Part shown: piece after piece, positions 37,221 through 46,363 of the stretch | Numbering within the stretch: position 1 is the first letter of the stretch | Layout: each line of letters opens with the position of its first letter | Source of the DNA: an uncultured Chloroflexia bacterium | GTDB taxonomy: Bacteria; Chloroflexota; Limnocylindria; QHBO01 | Direction of reading: 5' to 3' | Assembly: GCA_963827475.1 (NCBI GenBank) | Contig: CAWHAZ010000003.1 | Span: forward strand, 17,032 to 81,031 | Length of the DNA: 64,000 nucleotides | Position numbers and translations under genes: made by a program | The notes under the pieces: model-generated | What the model saw: only the letters and a program-made list of their open reading frames with translations | What the model was told of the DNA's origin: nothing | The model's database searches: none

Positions 37221-38738
37221 TCAGTCATCGTCAACCGCCTCGCGGCGGGCCAGTCGGCTCCACGGCCGTTCACCGTTCAGGGCGGGGCCGGCCCGGAGGC
37301 CCTCGCCCGTCGGGCGCGGCTCGGCCAGGTCCCGTCGGGCGCCGGCGACCGCGGCCGCCGCCAGCGACCGATCGCGCTCGGTCATCGGCGGACCGTCGAC
37401 CCAGGTGTCGGCCACCAGCCCGGTGTCGTACCGCCCGTCCACGAACGCCGGCTGGGCGACCAGCCAGTGATGGAAGCCGAGCGTGGTCGGCATCCCGCCG
37501 ACGACGGTCTCATCGAGCGCGCGCCGCAGCCGGGCGACGGCCGCATCGCGGTCGGGGGCGTGGACCATGAGCTTGGCCAGCAGCGGGTCGTACGCTGTCG
37601 GGAGCTCGTACCCGGCTTCGACGCCGGCGTCGACCCGGATCCCGGGCCCGGCCGCCATCTGCCATGCCTCGATCGACCCCGCGCTCGGCCGGAAGCCGTC
37701 CCACGGGTCCTCGGCGTACATCCGGACCTGGATGGCGTGTCCGCGCGGAGCCGCCTCGAGGACCTCGGCCGGAAGCCGCTCCCCGGCCGCCACCCGCAGC
37801 TGCCAGACCACGATGTCAACTCCGGTGACCAGCTCGGTGACGCCGTGCTCGACCTGGAGCCGGGTATTCATCTCCAGGAACCAGCGGTTGCCCTCCGCGT
37901 CGACGAGGAACTCGACCGTGGCCGCGTTGTGAAACCGGACTGCCTCCGCAACGCGCCGCGCGTCGTCCGCCAGCCCGGCCCGGGTCGCGGTCGACAGGTG
38001 CGGCGCCGGCGCTTCCTCGACCAGCTTCTGGTGGCGCCGTTGGATCGAGCAGTCGCGCTCGCCAAGGACCGCGAGGTTCCCCGCCCGGTCACCGAGCAGC
38101 TGGACCTCGACGTGTCGCGCCGGGGTGATGAGCTTCTCGACGTAGACCGTGCCGTCACCGAAGGCCGCGACCGCCTCCGCGCGCGCGGCGTCCAACGCGG
38201 CATCCAGCTCGCTCGCCTCGTCGACGCGGCGCACGCCGCGACCTCCGCCACCGGCGGCGGCCTTGACCAGCAGCGGATACCCGATGTCCTCCACCTCCGC
38301 CGGTCGCGCGGCCTCGACAGCGACCAGCAGTCCGGGTGTCACCGCGACGCCAGCATCAGCCGCGGTCCGTCGCGCGGCCAGCTTGTTGCCGAGGCCCTCC
38401 ATCGTTTCGGCCGGCGGCCCGACGAACACCAGGCCGGCGGACTCGACCGCGCGGGCGAATGCCGCGCTCTCGCTGAGGAAGCCGTAGCCGGGGTGGATGG
38501 CCTCTGCCTCGCTGCGACGCGCGGCGTCGAGGATGGCGTCGCTGGACAGGTACGACTCCGCCGCCGGCGTCGGGCCGATCCACTCCGCGCGATCCATGGC
38601 GCGGACGTGCGGCGCATCGCGGTCGGCGTCGGAGTAGACCGCGACCGACTCGACGCCCAGCTCGCGGCAGGCGCGGGCGACCCGGATCGCGATTTCCCCG
38701 CGGTTCGCGACGAGGACCCGGCGAAACGGCGGCGTCAC
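37221..38738 (-). CDS. biotin carboxylase subunit of acetyl/propionyl-CoA carboxylase
   Basis: ORF 37221..38822 from GTG 38736-38738. It has VLVANRGEIAIRV, HPGYGFLSE, VKAAAGGGGRG and EMNTRLQVEH. Confidence 0.93.
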   Translation of the reverse strand: MTPPFRRVLVANRGEIAIRVARACRELGVESVAVYSDADRDAPHVRAMDRAEWIGPTPAAESYLSSDAILDAARRSEAEAIHPGYGFLSESAAFARAVESAGLVFVGPPAETMEGLGNKLAARRTAADAGVAVTPGLLVAVEAARPAEVEDIGYPLLVKAAAGGGGRGVRRVDEASELDAALDAARAEAVAAFGDGTVYVEKLITPARHVEVQLLGDRAGNLAVLGERDCSIQRRHQKLVEEAPAPHLSTATRAGLADDARRVAEAVRFHNAATVEFLVDAEGNRWFLEMNTRLQVEHGVTELVTGVDIVVWQLRVAAGERLPAEVLEAAPRGHAIQVRMYAEDPWDGFRPSAGSIEAWQMAAGPGIRVDAGVEAGYELPTAYDPLLAKLMVHAPDRDAAVARLRRALDETVVGGMPTTLGFHHWLVAQPAFVDGRYDTGLVADTWVDGPPMTERDRSLAAAAVAGARRDLAEPRPTGEGLRAGPALNGERPWSRLARREAVDDD

Positions 38739-38769
38739 TGTCTTTGCGGAAAGACGGCCCGGTCGCGGG

Positions 38770-40325
38770 TCAGAGTGGGATGTTGCCGTGTTTCCGTCGC
38801 GGACCCGCCTGCCGCTTCCCATCGAGTACGGACAGCGCGCCCGCCACGCGCATCCGCGTCTCGGACGGCCGGATCACCTCGTCGATGTATCCGCGGCTGG
38901 CAGCGACGTATGGGTTCGCGAATCGCTCCTCGTATTCCGCGACCAGCGCGGCGCGCTCCGCATCCGGATCGGTGGCGCCCGCGATCCGATCCTTGAAGAC
39001 AATGTTCACCGCGCCCTCGACCCCCATCACCGCGATCTCTGCTGTCGGCCACGCGTAGTTCAAGTCGCCCCGAATGTGTTTGCTGCTCATCACGTCGTAG
39101 GCGCCGCCGTACGCCTTGCGCGTAATGACCGTCACTTTCGGCACCGTGGCTTCCGCGTAGGCGTACAGCAACTTGGCGCCGTGCCGAATGATGCCGCGAT
39201 GCTCCTGGTCCACCCCCGGCAGAAAACCGGGAACGTCAACCAGGGTCAGCAATGGAACGTTGAAACAGTCGCAGGTCCGAACGAATCGCGCGGCCTTGTC
39301 GGACGCGTCAATGTCGAGGACGCCGGCCAGCACATCGGGTTGCTGCCCGACGACGCCGACGACGCGCCCTTCGATCCTGCGCGAAACCACAGATGATGTT
39401 CCTCGCGAATCCGGCATGCACCTCGAGGAACGAATCGCCATCGACGATTCCGGCGATGACCTGGTGCATGTCATAGGACTGCTGCGCCGAATCCGGTACG
39501 AGTGCATCGAGCCCGTCGCCGGAAACCGCCGGCGAGGACCACTCGCCCAGCGCGCGCGACAGGATCCACGTTGTTCTGTGGCAGGTAGGCAAGCAGCCGT
39601 CGCGCCAGGAGCAGCGCATCGGACTCGGATGTCGCGAGAAAGTGCGCGACACCGCTGACCTCGTTGTGAATCCGCGCCCCGCCTAAGCCCTCGAAGTCGA
39701 TGTCCTCGTGGGTCACGGTTTTCACGACCGTCGGCCCGGTGACGAACATGTAGCTCGATCCGTCGACCATGACCGTGAAGTCGGTGATGGCCGGCGAGTA
39801 GACCGCACCACCTGCGCATGGTCCGAGAACGACCGACAGCTGCGGCACGACACCGGACGCAAGGGTGTTGCGCAGGAAGATCTCCGCGTAGCCGCCCAGC
39901 GAGTCGACCCCCTCCTGGATGCGGGCTCCGCCGGAATCGGCCAGGCCGATGATCGGCGCCCCGCTGGCGACCGCAAGATCCATCACCTTGCAGATCTTTT
40001 CCGCATGCGCTTCCGACAGGGAGCCGCCGAACACGGTGAAATCCTGCGAGTAGACGAAGACCGTGCGCCCATCGATCGTGCCCCAACCGGTGATTACCCC
40101 GTCACCGAGATACCGCTCCCCATCAAGGCCGAACTCGGTGGTGCGGTGGGTAACGAACGCGTCGAGCTCGACGAACGACGCTTCGTCCAACAGGATCTCG
40201 AGCCGTTCGCGAGCCGTCAGCTTGCCGCGCGCATGCTGCTGCGCCATCCGCTCCTCGCCGCCACCGAGCTGGGCGTCGCGTCTCAGTTGTTCGAGGTGCT
40301 CAAGCTTGTCGGCTGTCGACACCAA
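38770..40325 (-). pseudogene. pccB: propionyl-CoA carboxylase beta chain / carboxyltransferase, split over three frames
   Basis: The N-terminal part is ORF 39471..40325 (...[21 protein letters not shown]...). The middle is ORF 39308..39652 ([44 protein letters not shown]). The C-terminal part is ORF 38770..40086 ([34 protein letters not shown]...). The junctions lie near 39540-39570 and at about 39378. Confidence 0.88.
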
Positions 40326-40341
40326 TCCTCCAGAAAGGATG

Positions 40342-40414
40342 TGGGCCCAGCAGGGATCGAACCTGCGACCAGCCGGTTATGAGCCGGATGCTCTGACCAC
40401 TGAGCTATGGGCCC
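40342..40414 (-). tRNA. tRNA-Met, elongator-type (anticodon CAT; could be tRNA-Ile2), CCA not encoded
   Basis: Hand-folded cloverleaf: GGGCCCA/TGGGCCC acceptor, anticodon loop CTCATAA, T-loop TTCGATC. G1-C72 is paired, so it is not initiator-like. Confidence 0.9.
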
Positions 40415-40454
40415 GATGGGGCTGGGCGGTGGACAACTCCGAGTATAGGGGCTC

Positions 40455-40470
40455 GTCTTTGCACAAAGAC
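40455..40470. promoter_or_regulatory. 16-bp palindrome GTCTTTG-CA-CAAAGAC upstream of parA
   Basis: Perfect 7-bp inverted arms, AT-rich relative to the surroundings, ~115 nt upstream of the parA start. Confidence 0.3.
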
Positions 40471-40488
40471 ATCGACAGTCGGGGACGT

Positions 40489-40497
40489 TGTGGATAA
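40489..40497 (-). promoter_or_regulatory. perfect DnaA box (TTATCCACA on the minus strand)
   Basis: The plus strand reads TGTGGATAA. A second, 8/9 box (TTGTCCACC on the minus strand) lies at 40428-40436. Confidence 0.35.
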
Positions 40498-40584
40498 CCC
40501 CGGTGACCCGGGAGCCTCGCCCTGCCTATCATCGGTGACGGATCGCAACTCGCGATTTCGCAGCCCGAAACGTATCCGCGGAAG

Positions 40585-41361
40585 GTGTTTGCCTTGACCA
40601 AAGTCATCTCCCTGGCGAATCAGAAAGGCGGCGTCGGGAAGACCACCTGCACGATCAACCTCGGTGGCGCCCTGGCCGAGCTCGGCTATCGCGTGCTCTG
40701 CATCGACATGGATCCGCAGGCCAACCTCACGGTCGGCCTCGGCATCTCGCTGCTCGACGTCCATCGGTCGATGGGAGACGTCCTGAACGAGGATCGCCTC
40801 GGTCTCGACGAGGTCATTCTCGAAACGCGGGTTGCCGGCATGTCCGTCGCGCCGGCCACCCTGGAGCTCGCCTCCACCGAGGTGGAGCTGTTCACGGCCA
40901 TCGGTCGCGAGATGGTGCTCCGCGACGCGATCTCCGGATCGGCGGATCGGCGCTACGACGTGATCCTCATCGACTGCCCGCCAACCCTGGGCCTGCTCAC
41001 GATCAATGCGCTCGTCGCATCGTCCCGGGTGATCATCCCGGTCCAGACCCAGTTCTACGCGATCAAGGGCCTGACCGCCCTGATCAAGGTCATCAACACC
41101 ATCCGCGTGAAGCTGAACCACGACCTCGAGATCCTCGGCCTGCTGCCGACGTTCTACGACGGTCGCACCATCCTGGCCCGCGAAATGCTGGAGAACCTTC
41201 GCGAGCTCGGGGACCATCGAGTCTTCAACACCATGATCAAGAACACCGTGAAGCTCGGCGAGGCGCCCCTCACCGGCCGACCGGTGACCGAGTACGCGCC
41301 CAGCTCGGCAGCTGCCCATGCATTCCGCGATCTCGCCCGGGAGGTGATCGAGCTTGGCTAG
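40585..41361 (+). CDS. parA: ParA/Soj family partition ATPase
   Basis: It has the deviant Walker A NQKGGVGKTT, plus DMDPQANLT and IDCPPTLG. The start is GTG 40585 or TTG 40594. Confidence 0.93.
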   Translation: MFALTKVISLANQKGGVGKTTCTINLGGALAELGYRVLCIDMDPQANLTVGLGISLLDVHRSMGDVLNEDRLGLDEVILETRVAGMSVAPATLELASTEVELFTAIGREMVLRDAISGSADRRYDVILIDCPPTLGLLTINALVASSRVIIPVQTQFYAIKGLTALIKVINTIRVKLNHDLEILGLLPTFYDGRTILAREMLENLRELGDHRVFNTMIKNTVKLGEAPLTGRPVTEYAPSSAAAHAFRDLAREVIELG

Positions 41362-42322
41362 AACACCAGTCTTCAAAGACAACATCGCCCGCCTTTTCGA
41401 CGAAGCGGCCGCCACCGAGCTGACGCCCGGCATCGTCTCGCTCATCGAGTCGAAGGCGACGCGGGCCCAGATCCGGGAGATCCCGGTTGGGAAGATCCTC
41501 CCCAACCCCGCGCAGCCACGGCTGTCGTACGACGAGGCCTCGCTCAGCGAGCTGGCGGAGTCGATTCGCGAGCACGGCGTGCTGCAGGCCATCCTCGTCC
41601 GGCCGGCCGGGGCCCAGTTCGAGCTCATCGCCGGAGAGCGCCGATGGCGCGCGTCGCGGCTGGCCGGGATGGCCACCATTCCCGCGGTCGTCCTCGAATT
41701 CGACGAGGAGACCGCGCTCGAGGTCTCGATCATCGAGAACCTCCAGCGGGAGGACGTCTCGCCGCTCGAAGAGGCGGCGATGTATCGAAAGATGCTGGCC
41801 CTCGGCTACTCCGTTCGGCAGCTGGCGGGCAAGATCGGCAAGGACAAGGGCTACGTCGAGAACCGCCTGCGCCTGACCGATGCGCCGCCGGAGGTCCGCG
41901 AGCTGGTCGCCGGCCGGAAGGACACCATCAGCCACGCCTACGAGCTGATGAAGGTGACCGACGACAAGACCCGTCGCAAGCTCGCGAAGCGCGTGGCGGC
42001 CGGCGAGCTAACCCTCGCCAAGCTCCGGCGGCTGACCGGCACCCGGGAGCCAAAGGAGAAGGACGCCGAGGCCCGCCCGAAGCGACGGTCCCGGACCGCG
42101 GCCGGGGTGGCCGTCGCGGCCCGGAACACCGATGACGCGCTGATGGACCTCAAGGGCCGGCTGGCCACGGTGGTCGACGAGCTGGCAGATCTGCTTCGCC
42201 AGCGGGAGGTCATCGAGCAGATCCCGAACACCAACCGGGACAACCTGGCCAAGTACCTGACCATCACCAAGCTCAAGCTCGAGAACGCCATCGCCATCGT
42301 CCGCGCCTCGCGCGACGAGTAG
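41354..42322 (+). CDS. parB: ParB/Spo0J family partition protein
   Basis: It has NPAQPR, GVLQAILVRP, IAGERRWRASRLAG and an HTH (YSVRQLAGKIGKDKGYVENRLRL). The TTG start overlaps the parA end. Confidence 0.92.
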   Translation: MARTPVFKDNIARLFDEAAATELTPGIVSLIESKATRAQIREIPVGKILPNPAQPRLSYDEASLSELAESIREHGVLQAILVRPAGAQFELIAGERRWRASRLAGMATIPAVVLEFDEETALEVSIIENLQREDVSPLEEAAMYRKMLALGYSVRQLAGKIGKDKGYVENRLRLTDAPPEVRELVAGRKDTISHAYELMKVTDDKTRRKLAKRVAAGELTLAKLRRLTGTREPKEKDAEARPKRRSRTAAGVAVAARNTDDALMDLKGRLATVVDELADLLRQREVIEQIPNTNRDNLAKYLTITKLKLENAIAIVRASRDE

Positions 42323-42352
42323 TCCCGGCCGGGCTGCCCACCCGGCCCGGGG

Positions 42353-42709
42353 CTAGGGGGTGTAGGACATCACCTCGCGGTGGGCGACGAGGAAGTCGAT
42401 CAGCTTGTTCCGCGCGTCCGGATCGGTCCGGCGCAGCCCGGCGACGGACTTCGGCAGCTCGAAGATCGGGGCGGCCAGCGCGCCGGCGGTGTCGATCCCG
42501 ACCACGTGGTCGGGGCCTCCGCCCACCAGGAACACCCGCTGGAAGCCTCGGGCATCGAGCCCCGCGGCGTCGTTGAAGGCGGCGACCGCGGTCCCGACTC
42601 CGCGGCGCTTGGCGAAGTCGATGAACAGGTCCGCGGCCCACGTGTCGATCTGGTCATCGGCCTGGGCCGACACCATCTCGCGGTAGGGCATCTCCTCGGT
42701 CAGGTCCAC
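42353..42709 (-). CDS. hypothetical protein (start GTG 42709 or ATG 42691)
   Basis: The high-GC3 frame of ORF 42353..42793. No family recognised. Confidence 0.5.
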   Translation of the reverse strand: MDLTEEMPYREMVSAQADDQIDTWAADLFIDFAKRRGVGTAVAAFNDAAGLDARGFQRVFLVGGGPDHVVGIDTAGALAAPIFELPKSVAGLRRTDPDARNKLIDFLVAHREVMSYTP

Positions 42710-42768
42710 GCGATCTCCTCGGTCGGTGCGGGCGGATTCTAGCCGGACGCCGCTGCTATCCTCGGCCG

Positions 42769-43323
42769 GTGCTGTCCCGCCACAGCGATCCACGCACCGA
42801 GGACATCATCACCTTCGACCTGGTCCGCGCGGGGCCCGACGGGGAGGCGGTGATCGGGTCGGCCACCTTCCAGGCCGGCCGATCGCGGGTGGATGCCCCG
42901 GAGAACGTCACCGCGGCGCTCGAAGAGCTGCTGGCCCAGCCCTTCGTCGACCGGGTCCGAGCCGATGAGCGGCCGCGTGGCTACCGTCGATCCGGGCAGG
43001 GGCAGGTCGACCTCCTCGTGCCGGGCATGGCCGAGCACTTCGTGGCCCGGATGCGTGGCCTGTGGCTGGCCTTCCCCGACCAGACCGTGGTCACCGCCCG
43101 CGAGGGCCGCGTCCAGCAGTCCGCTCCCCCACCGTCGTCCCTGCCCGAGGCCGCCGAGGCAGGCCCGCCCGTCGTCGACCCCGCCGTCCGCCGCTCCACC
43201 CTGGAACGCGCCGACAACGCGGTCAGCGCCCGGGCTCTGGTCCGCGCCGCGGACCCCGACGCCGGGACGCGACCGACCGGCTCGGTGGCGGTTCGACGGA
43301 CCGACTGCGGCTGGATCGTGTGA
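42769..43323 (+). CDS. hypothetical protein, 184 aa
   Basis: Very high third-position GC throughout, with a GTG start. No family recognised. Confidence 0.55.
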   Translation: MLSRHSDPRTEDIITFDLVRAGPDGEAVIGSATFQAGRSRVDAPENVTAALEELLAQPFVDRVRADERPRGYRRSGQGQVDLLVPGMAEHFVARMRGLWLAFPDQTVVTAREGRVQQSAPPPSSLPEAAEAGPPVVDPAVRRSTLERADNAVSARALVRAADPDAGTRPTGSVAVRRTDCGWIV

Positions 43324-43350
43324 GCGGCCCATCGGTATGATGGCGACGCG

Positions 43351-43566
43351 ATGAGGCTGGCCCGCTACCTGTTCTTCCCGGCGCTGGTGTTCATCACCGC
43401 GGCGGTGTACTACACGTTCAGCCAGCCGCAGGACCTGGCCGGCGCAACGATGCTCGTGTTCTTCGGTGGCGCCATGACCTTCTTCATGTGGGTCCTCGTT
43501 CCGACCTTCGACCACGAGGGCAACACCGCTCCGATCGACCCGGACTTCGAGCTGCCCGAGGATTGA
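43351..43566 (+). CDS. hypothetical small membrane protein (two TM helices, acidic tail)
   Basis: 71 aa: YLFFPALVFITAAVYYTF and MLVFFGGAMTFFMWVLV. It lies 27 nt after the preceding ORF. Confidence 0.55.
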   Translation: MRLARYLFFPALVFITAAVYYTFSQPQDLAGATMLVFFGGAMTFFMWVLVPTFDHEGNTAPIDPDFELPED

Positions 43567-43583
43567 GCGGCGGCCAGCCGCCC

Positions 43584-44504
43584 TCACCAGGGCAGGAGCT
43601 GGCGCATGGCGAACCACAGGTTGGCCGGCCGCTCGGCGAGGCGCCGCACGTACCACGGGTACCAATAGTCGCCATACGCGATGAGCACCCGCACCCGGAA
43701 GCCCTCGGCGCGGAGCCGGCGCTGCTGGTCGACCCGGATGCCGTACAGCATCTGGACCTCGAAGGCGTCTCGACCGATACCGGCCGCCGCGGCGACGCCG
43801 GCGATCTCGTGGACGAGGCCGACGTCGTGGGTGCCGAGGCCGAGGCGCAGACGACCGGCGGCCACCTCCGGCAGCATGGACACCGCCAGGTCCCGATAGG
43901 CGGTGTCGACGTCCCGCTTGTCCCGGAAGGCGACGGCGGACGGTTCGTCGTAGGCGCCCTTCACCAGGCGGACCGATGCGCCGAGCGGGCGGAGCCGCTC
44001 GACGTCGGCGGGCGTTCGCCGCAGGTACGCCTGGAGGCAGAGGCCGACCCCGGGCTGAGCCTCGAGCAGCCGGACGTAGAGGTCCACGGTCCGATCGACG
44101 TAGGAGCTGTCCTCCATGTCGACCCACAGGTGGCTGCCGATCGCGTCCGCGTGCCGGGCGAGCGCCAGGCCGTGGTGGAACGTGACCTCCGGATCGAGGT
44201 CGAGACCGAGCTGGGTGAGCTTGGGCGAGACCTCCGGATGGAGCCCCCACCGCGCGAATCGGCCCATCAGCTCGTGGTAGTGCGCCGCCACCTCGTCGGC
44301 CTGGGCCAGCTCGGTCAGGTTCTCACCCAGACGGGTGAAGAGGGACGGGAGCCCGGCCGCCTGCAGGGTGCCGGCAGCCCGGAGCGCATCGTCCATCGTC
44401 TCGCCGGGCATGAACCGGCGAACGGCGCGTTGGGCTCCGGGCAGGCGCGGGACGTGGGTGCGGAGCCACTGGTTGCGGGCACACCACAGCAGGAATTGGC
44501 GCAC
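43584..44504 (-). CDS. proline dehydrogenase
   Basis: This is the tail of ORF 43584..45026 from GTG 44502-44504. It has RFMPGET, FTRLGENL, HLWVDMEDS, RLVKGAY and LGTHD. Confidence 0.88.
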   Translation of the reverse strand: MRQFLLWCARNQWLRTHVPRLPGAQRAVRRFMPGETMDDALRAAGTLQAAGLPSLFTRLGENLTELAQADEVAAHYHELMGRFARWGLHPEVSPKLTQLGLDLDPEVTFHHGLALARHADAIGSHLWVDMEDSSYVDRTVDLYVRLLEAQPGVGLCLQAYLRRTPADVERLRPLGASVRLVKGAYDEPSAVAFRDKRDVDTAYRDLAVSMLPEVAAGRLRLGLGTHDVGLVHEIAGVAAAAGIGRDAFEVQMLYGIRVDQQRRLRAEGFRVRVLIAYGDYWYPWYVRRLAERPANLWFAMRQLLPW

Positions 44505-44675
44505 GGCCCCGCGATGGTACCCGCCGACCCCGCCGGCCTCGATGCTCCTTCGCCCTACCGGCCGGCAGCGCACCGATTCTGCCGGATATCGAGATCGAAT
44601 CTCATATCCTTGTCGCAGCACGCCCGAGCACTCCCTCCGCTCCTGCACAATGCGACCGTGTCTCCATCCCGGACG

Positions 44676-46335
44676 ATGAGGCCCCGTTGGCTGGCCGCGG
44701 GGGGCGTGGCGGTCGCGCTGCTCATCGTCGTGGCGGTGGGTGCCGTCGCCCTTCGCGGACCCGTGGCAACGGGGGACGCCCTGCCGGCACCTCACTTCGT
44801 CGATGAGGCGGCGGCTGCCGGCGTCATCCACCGGTACGACGGGGAGGCCGACTTCTTCGTGGGCGGCGGCGTGGCGGTGTTCGACTGCGATACCGATGGC
44901 CGGCCGGACCTCTACTTCGCGGGAGGCGAGCTCCCGGCGGCCCTGTACCGCAACGAGAGCTCCCCTGGCGGGACCCTTGCCTTCGTCGCCATCCCGCATG
45001 CCGAAACCGACGTGCCACCGGGTCACCGGCGCCTACCCGATCGACGTGGACAGCGACGGCACCGTGGATCTTGCCGTCCTGCGCCACGGGGAAAACGTCC
45101 TGCTCCGCGGTCTTGGCGACTGCCGGTTCGAGCGCGCGAACGAGGCCTGGGGCTTCGACGGCGGAGATGTATGGACGACCGCATTCAGCGCGACCTGGGA
45201 GGGATCAGCCCCCTGGCCGACGCTGGCGTTCGGCAACTACGTCAGTGACGTGTTGCCCGACCCGGATCGCTTCTGCCACGACAACGAGCTCATCCGACCG
45301 GCCGCGACCGGGACCGGCTTCGGGCCGCCCGTCGCGCTCAGTCCCGGCTGGTGCGCGCTGTCCATGCTGTTCAGCGACTGGGATCGGTCAGGTCGACGCG
45401 ACCTGCGGGTGTCGAACGACCGCCACTACTACGGCGACGCCAGCGACGGCGAGGAGCAGCTCTGGCGCGTCGATCCAGGCGAGCCGCCGCGTCTCTACAC
45501 CCGCGAGGACGGCTGGCAGACGGTGCGGGTCTGGGGCATGGGCATCGCCAGCGCTGACCTGACCACGGACGGCTACCCCGAGTACTACCTCACCAGCCAG
45601 GGAGACAACAAGCTCCAGGTCCTCGCCGACGGGCCGGCCGAGCCGATGTACGAGGACATGGCCCTCGAGTCCAACGCGACCGCGCATCGGCCGTATGCCG
45701 GTGACGTCGAGCACCTATCGACGGCGTGGCACGCGGAGTTCGACGACGTGAACAACGACGGCTGGCTGGACCTGTTCGTCAGCAAGGGAAACGTCGAGGC
45801 CATGCCCGACTACGCGGCAGACGACCCGAGCAACCTGCTCCTCGGACAGCCGGACGGCACGTTCGTCGAGGGAGCGGAGGCTGCCGGCATCGTGAGCTAT
45901 GCCCGCGCGCGGGGGGCGGCCGTCGCGGACCTCAACCTCGATGGGCTCCTCGACCTGGTCGTCGTCAACCGTCGCGAGAACGTCCTGCTCTGGCGCAACC
46001 TGGGGAGTGGCAGCGGGACGACGGCCGAGCCGATGGGCCACTGGCTGGGCATTCGAGTCGAGCAGGACGGCGCCAACCCCGACGCCGTCGGGTCGTGGAT
46101 CGAGCTCCGGTTCGGCGACCGCATCGCCAGCCGAGAGGTGACCGTCGGCGGCGGGCACGTCAGCGGACAGCTGGGTTGGGCCCATGTCGGACTTGGCGGC
46201 CACGAGCAGGCCGAGGTGCGGGTCATCTGGCCCGATGGAGAGATCGGTCCGTGGTTATCGGTCGACGCGGACCAGTTCGTCGTGATCGAGCGCGGCGCGG
46301 ACGCCGCCCGCCCGTGGCAGCCAGGCGAGGACTGA
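44676..46335 (+). pseudogene. FG-GAP/VCBS repeat protein with an ASPIC/UnbV-like C-terminus (CRTAC1-like), signal-anchored, split over two frames
   Basis: The N-terminus (MRPRWLAAGGVAVALLIVV...FDCDTDGRPDLYFAGG...AFVAIPHAETDV) is in the frame of ORF 43488..45248. The rest (TGAYPIDVDSDGTVDLAV...DVNNDGWLDLFV...DLNLDGLLDLVVVN...) is ORF 44740..46335. The junction lies near 45015-45022. Confidence 0.8.
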
Positions 46336-46363
46336 ACGGGGAGCCAGCGACCGCCGAGCTCGG

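Noticed and set aside
40415-40584. The chromosomal origin of replication (oriC) next to parA.
   Set aside because: There are only two DnaA-type boxes, no obvious AT-rich unwinding element, and no dnaA or dnaN nearby. That is insufficient for an origin call. It is kept as a lower-confidence regulatory observation instead.
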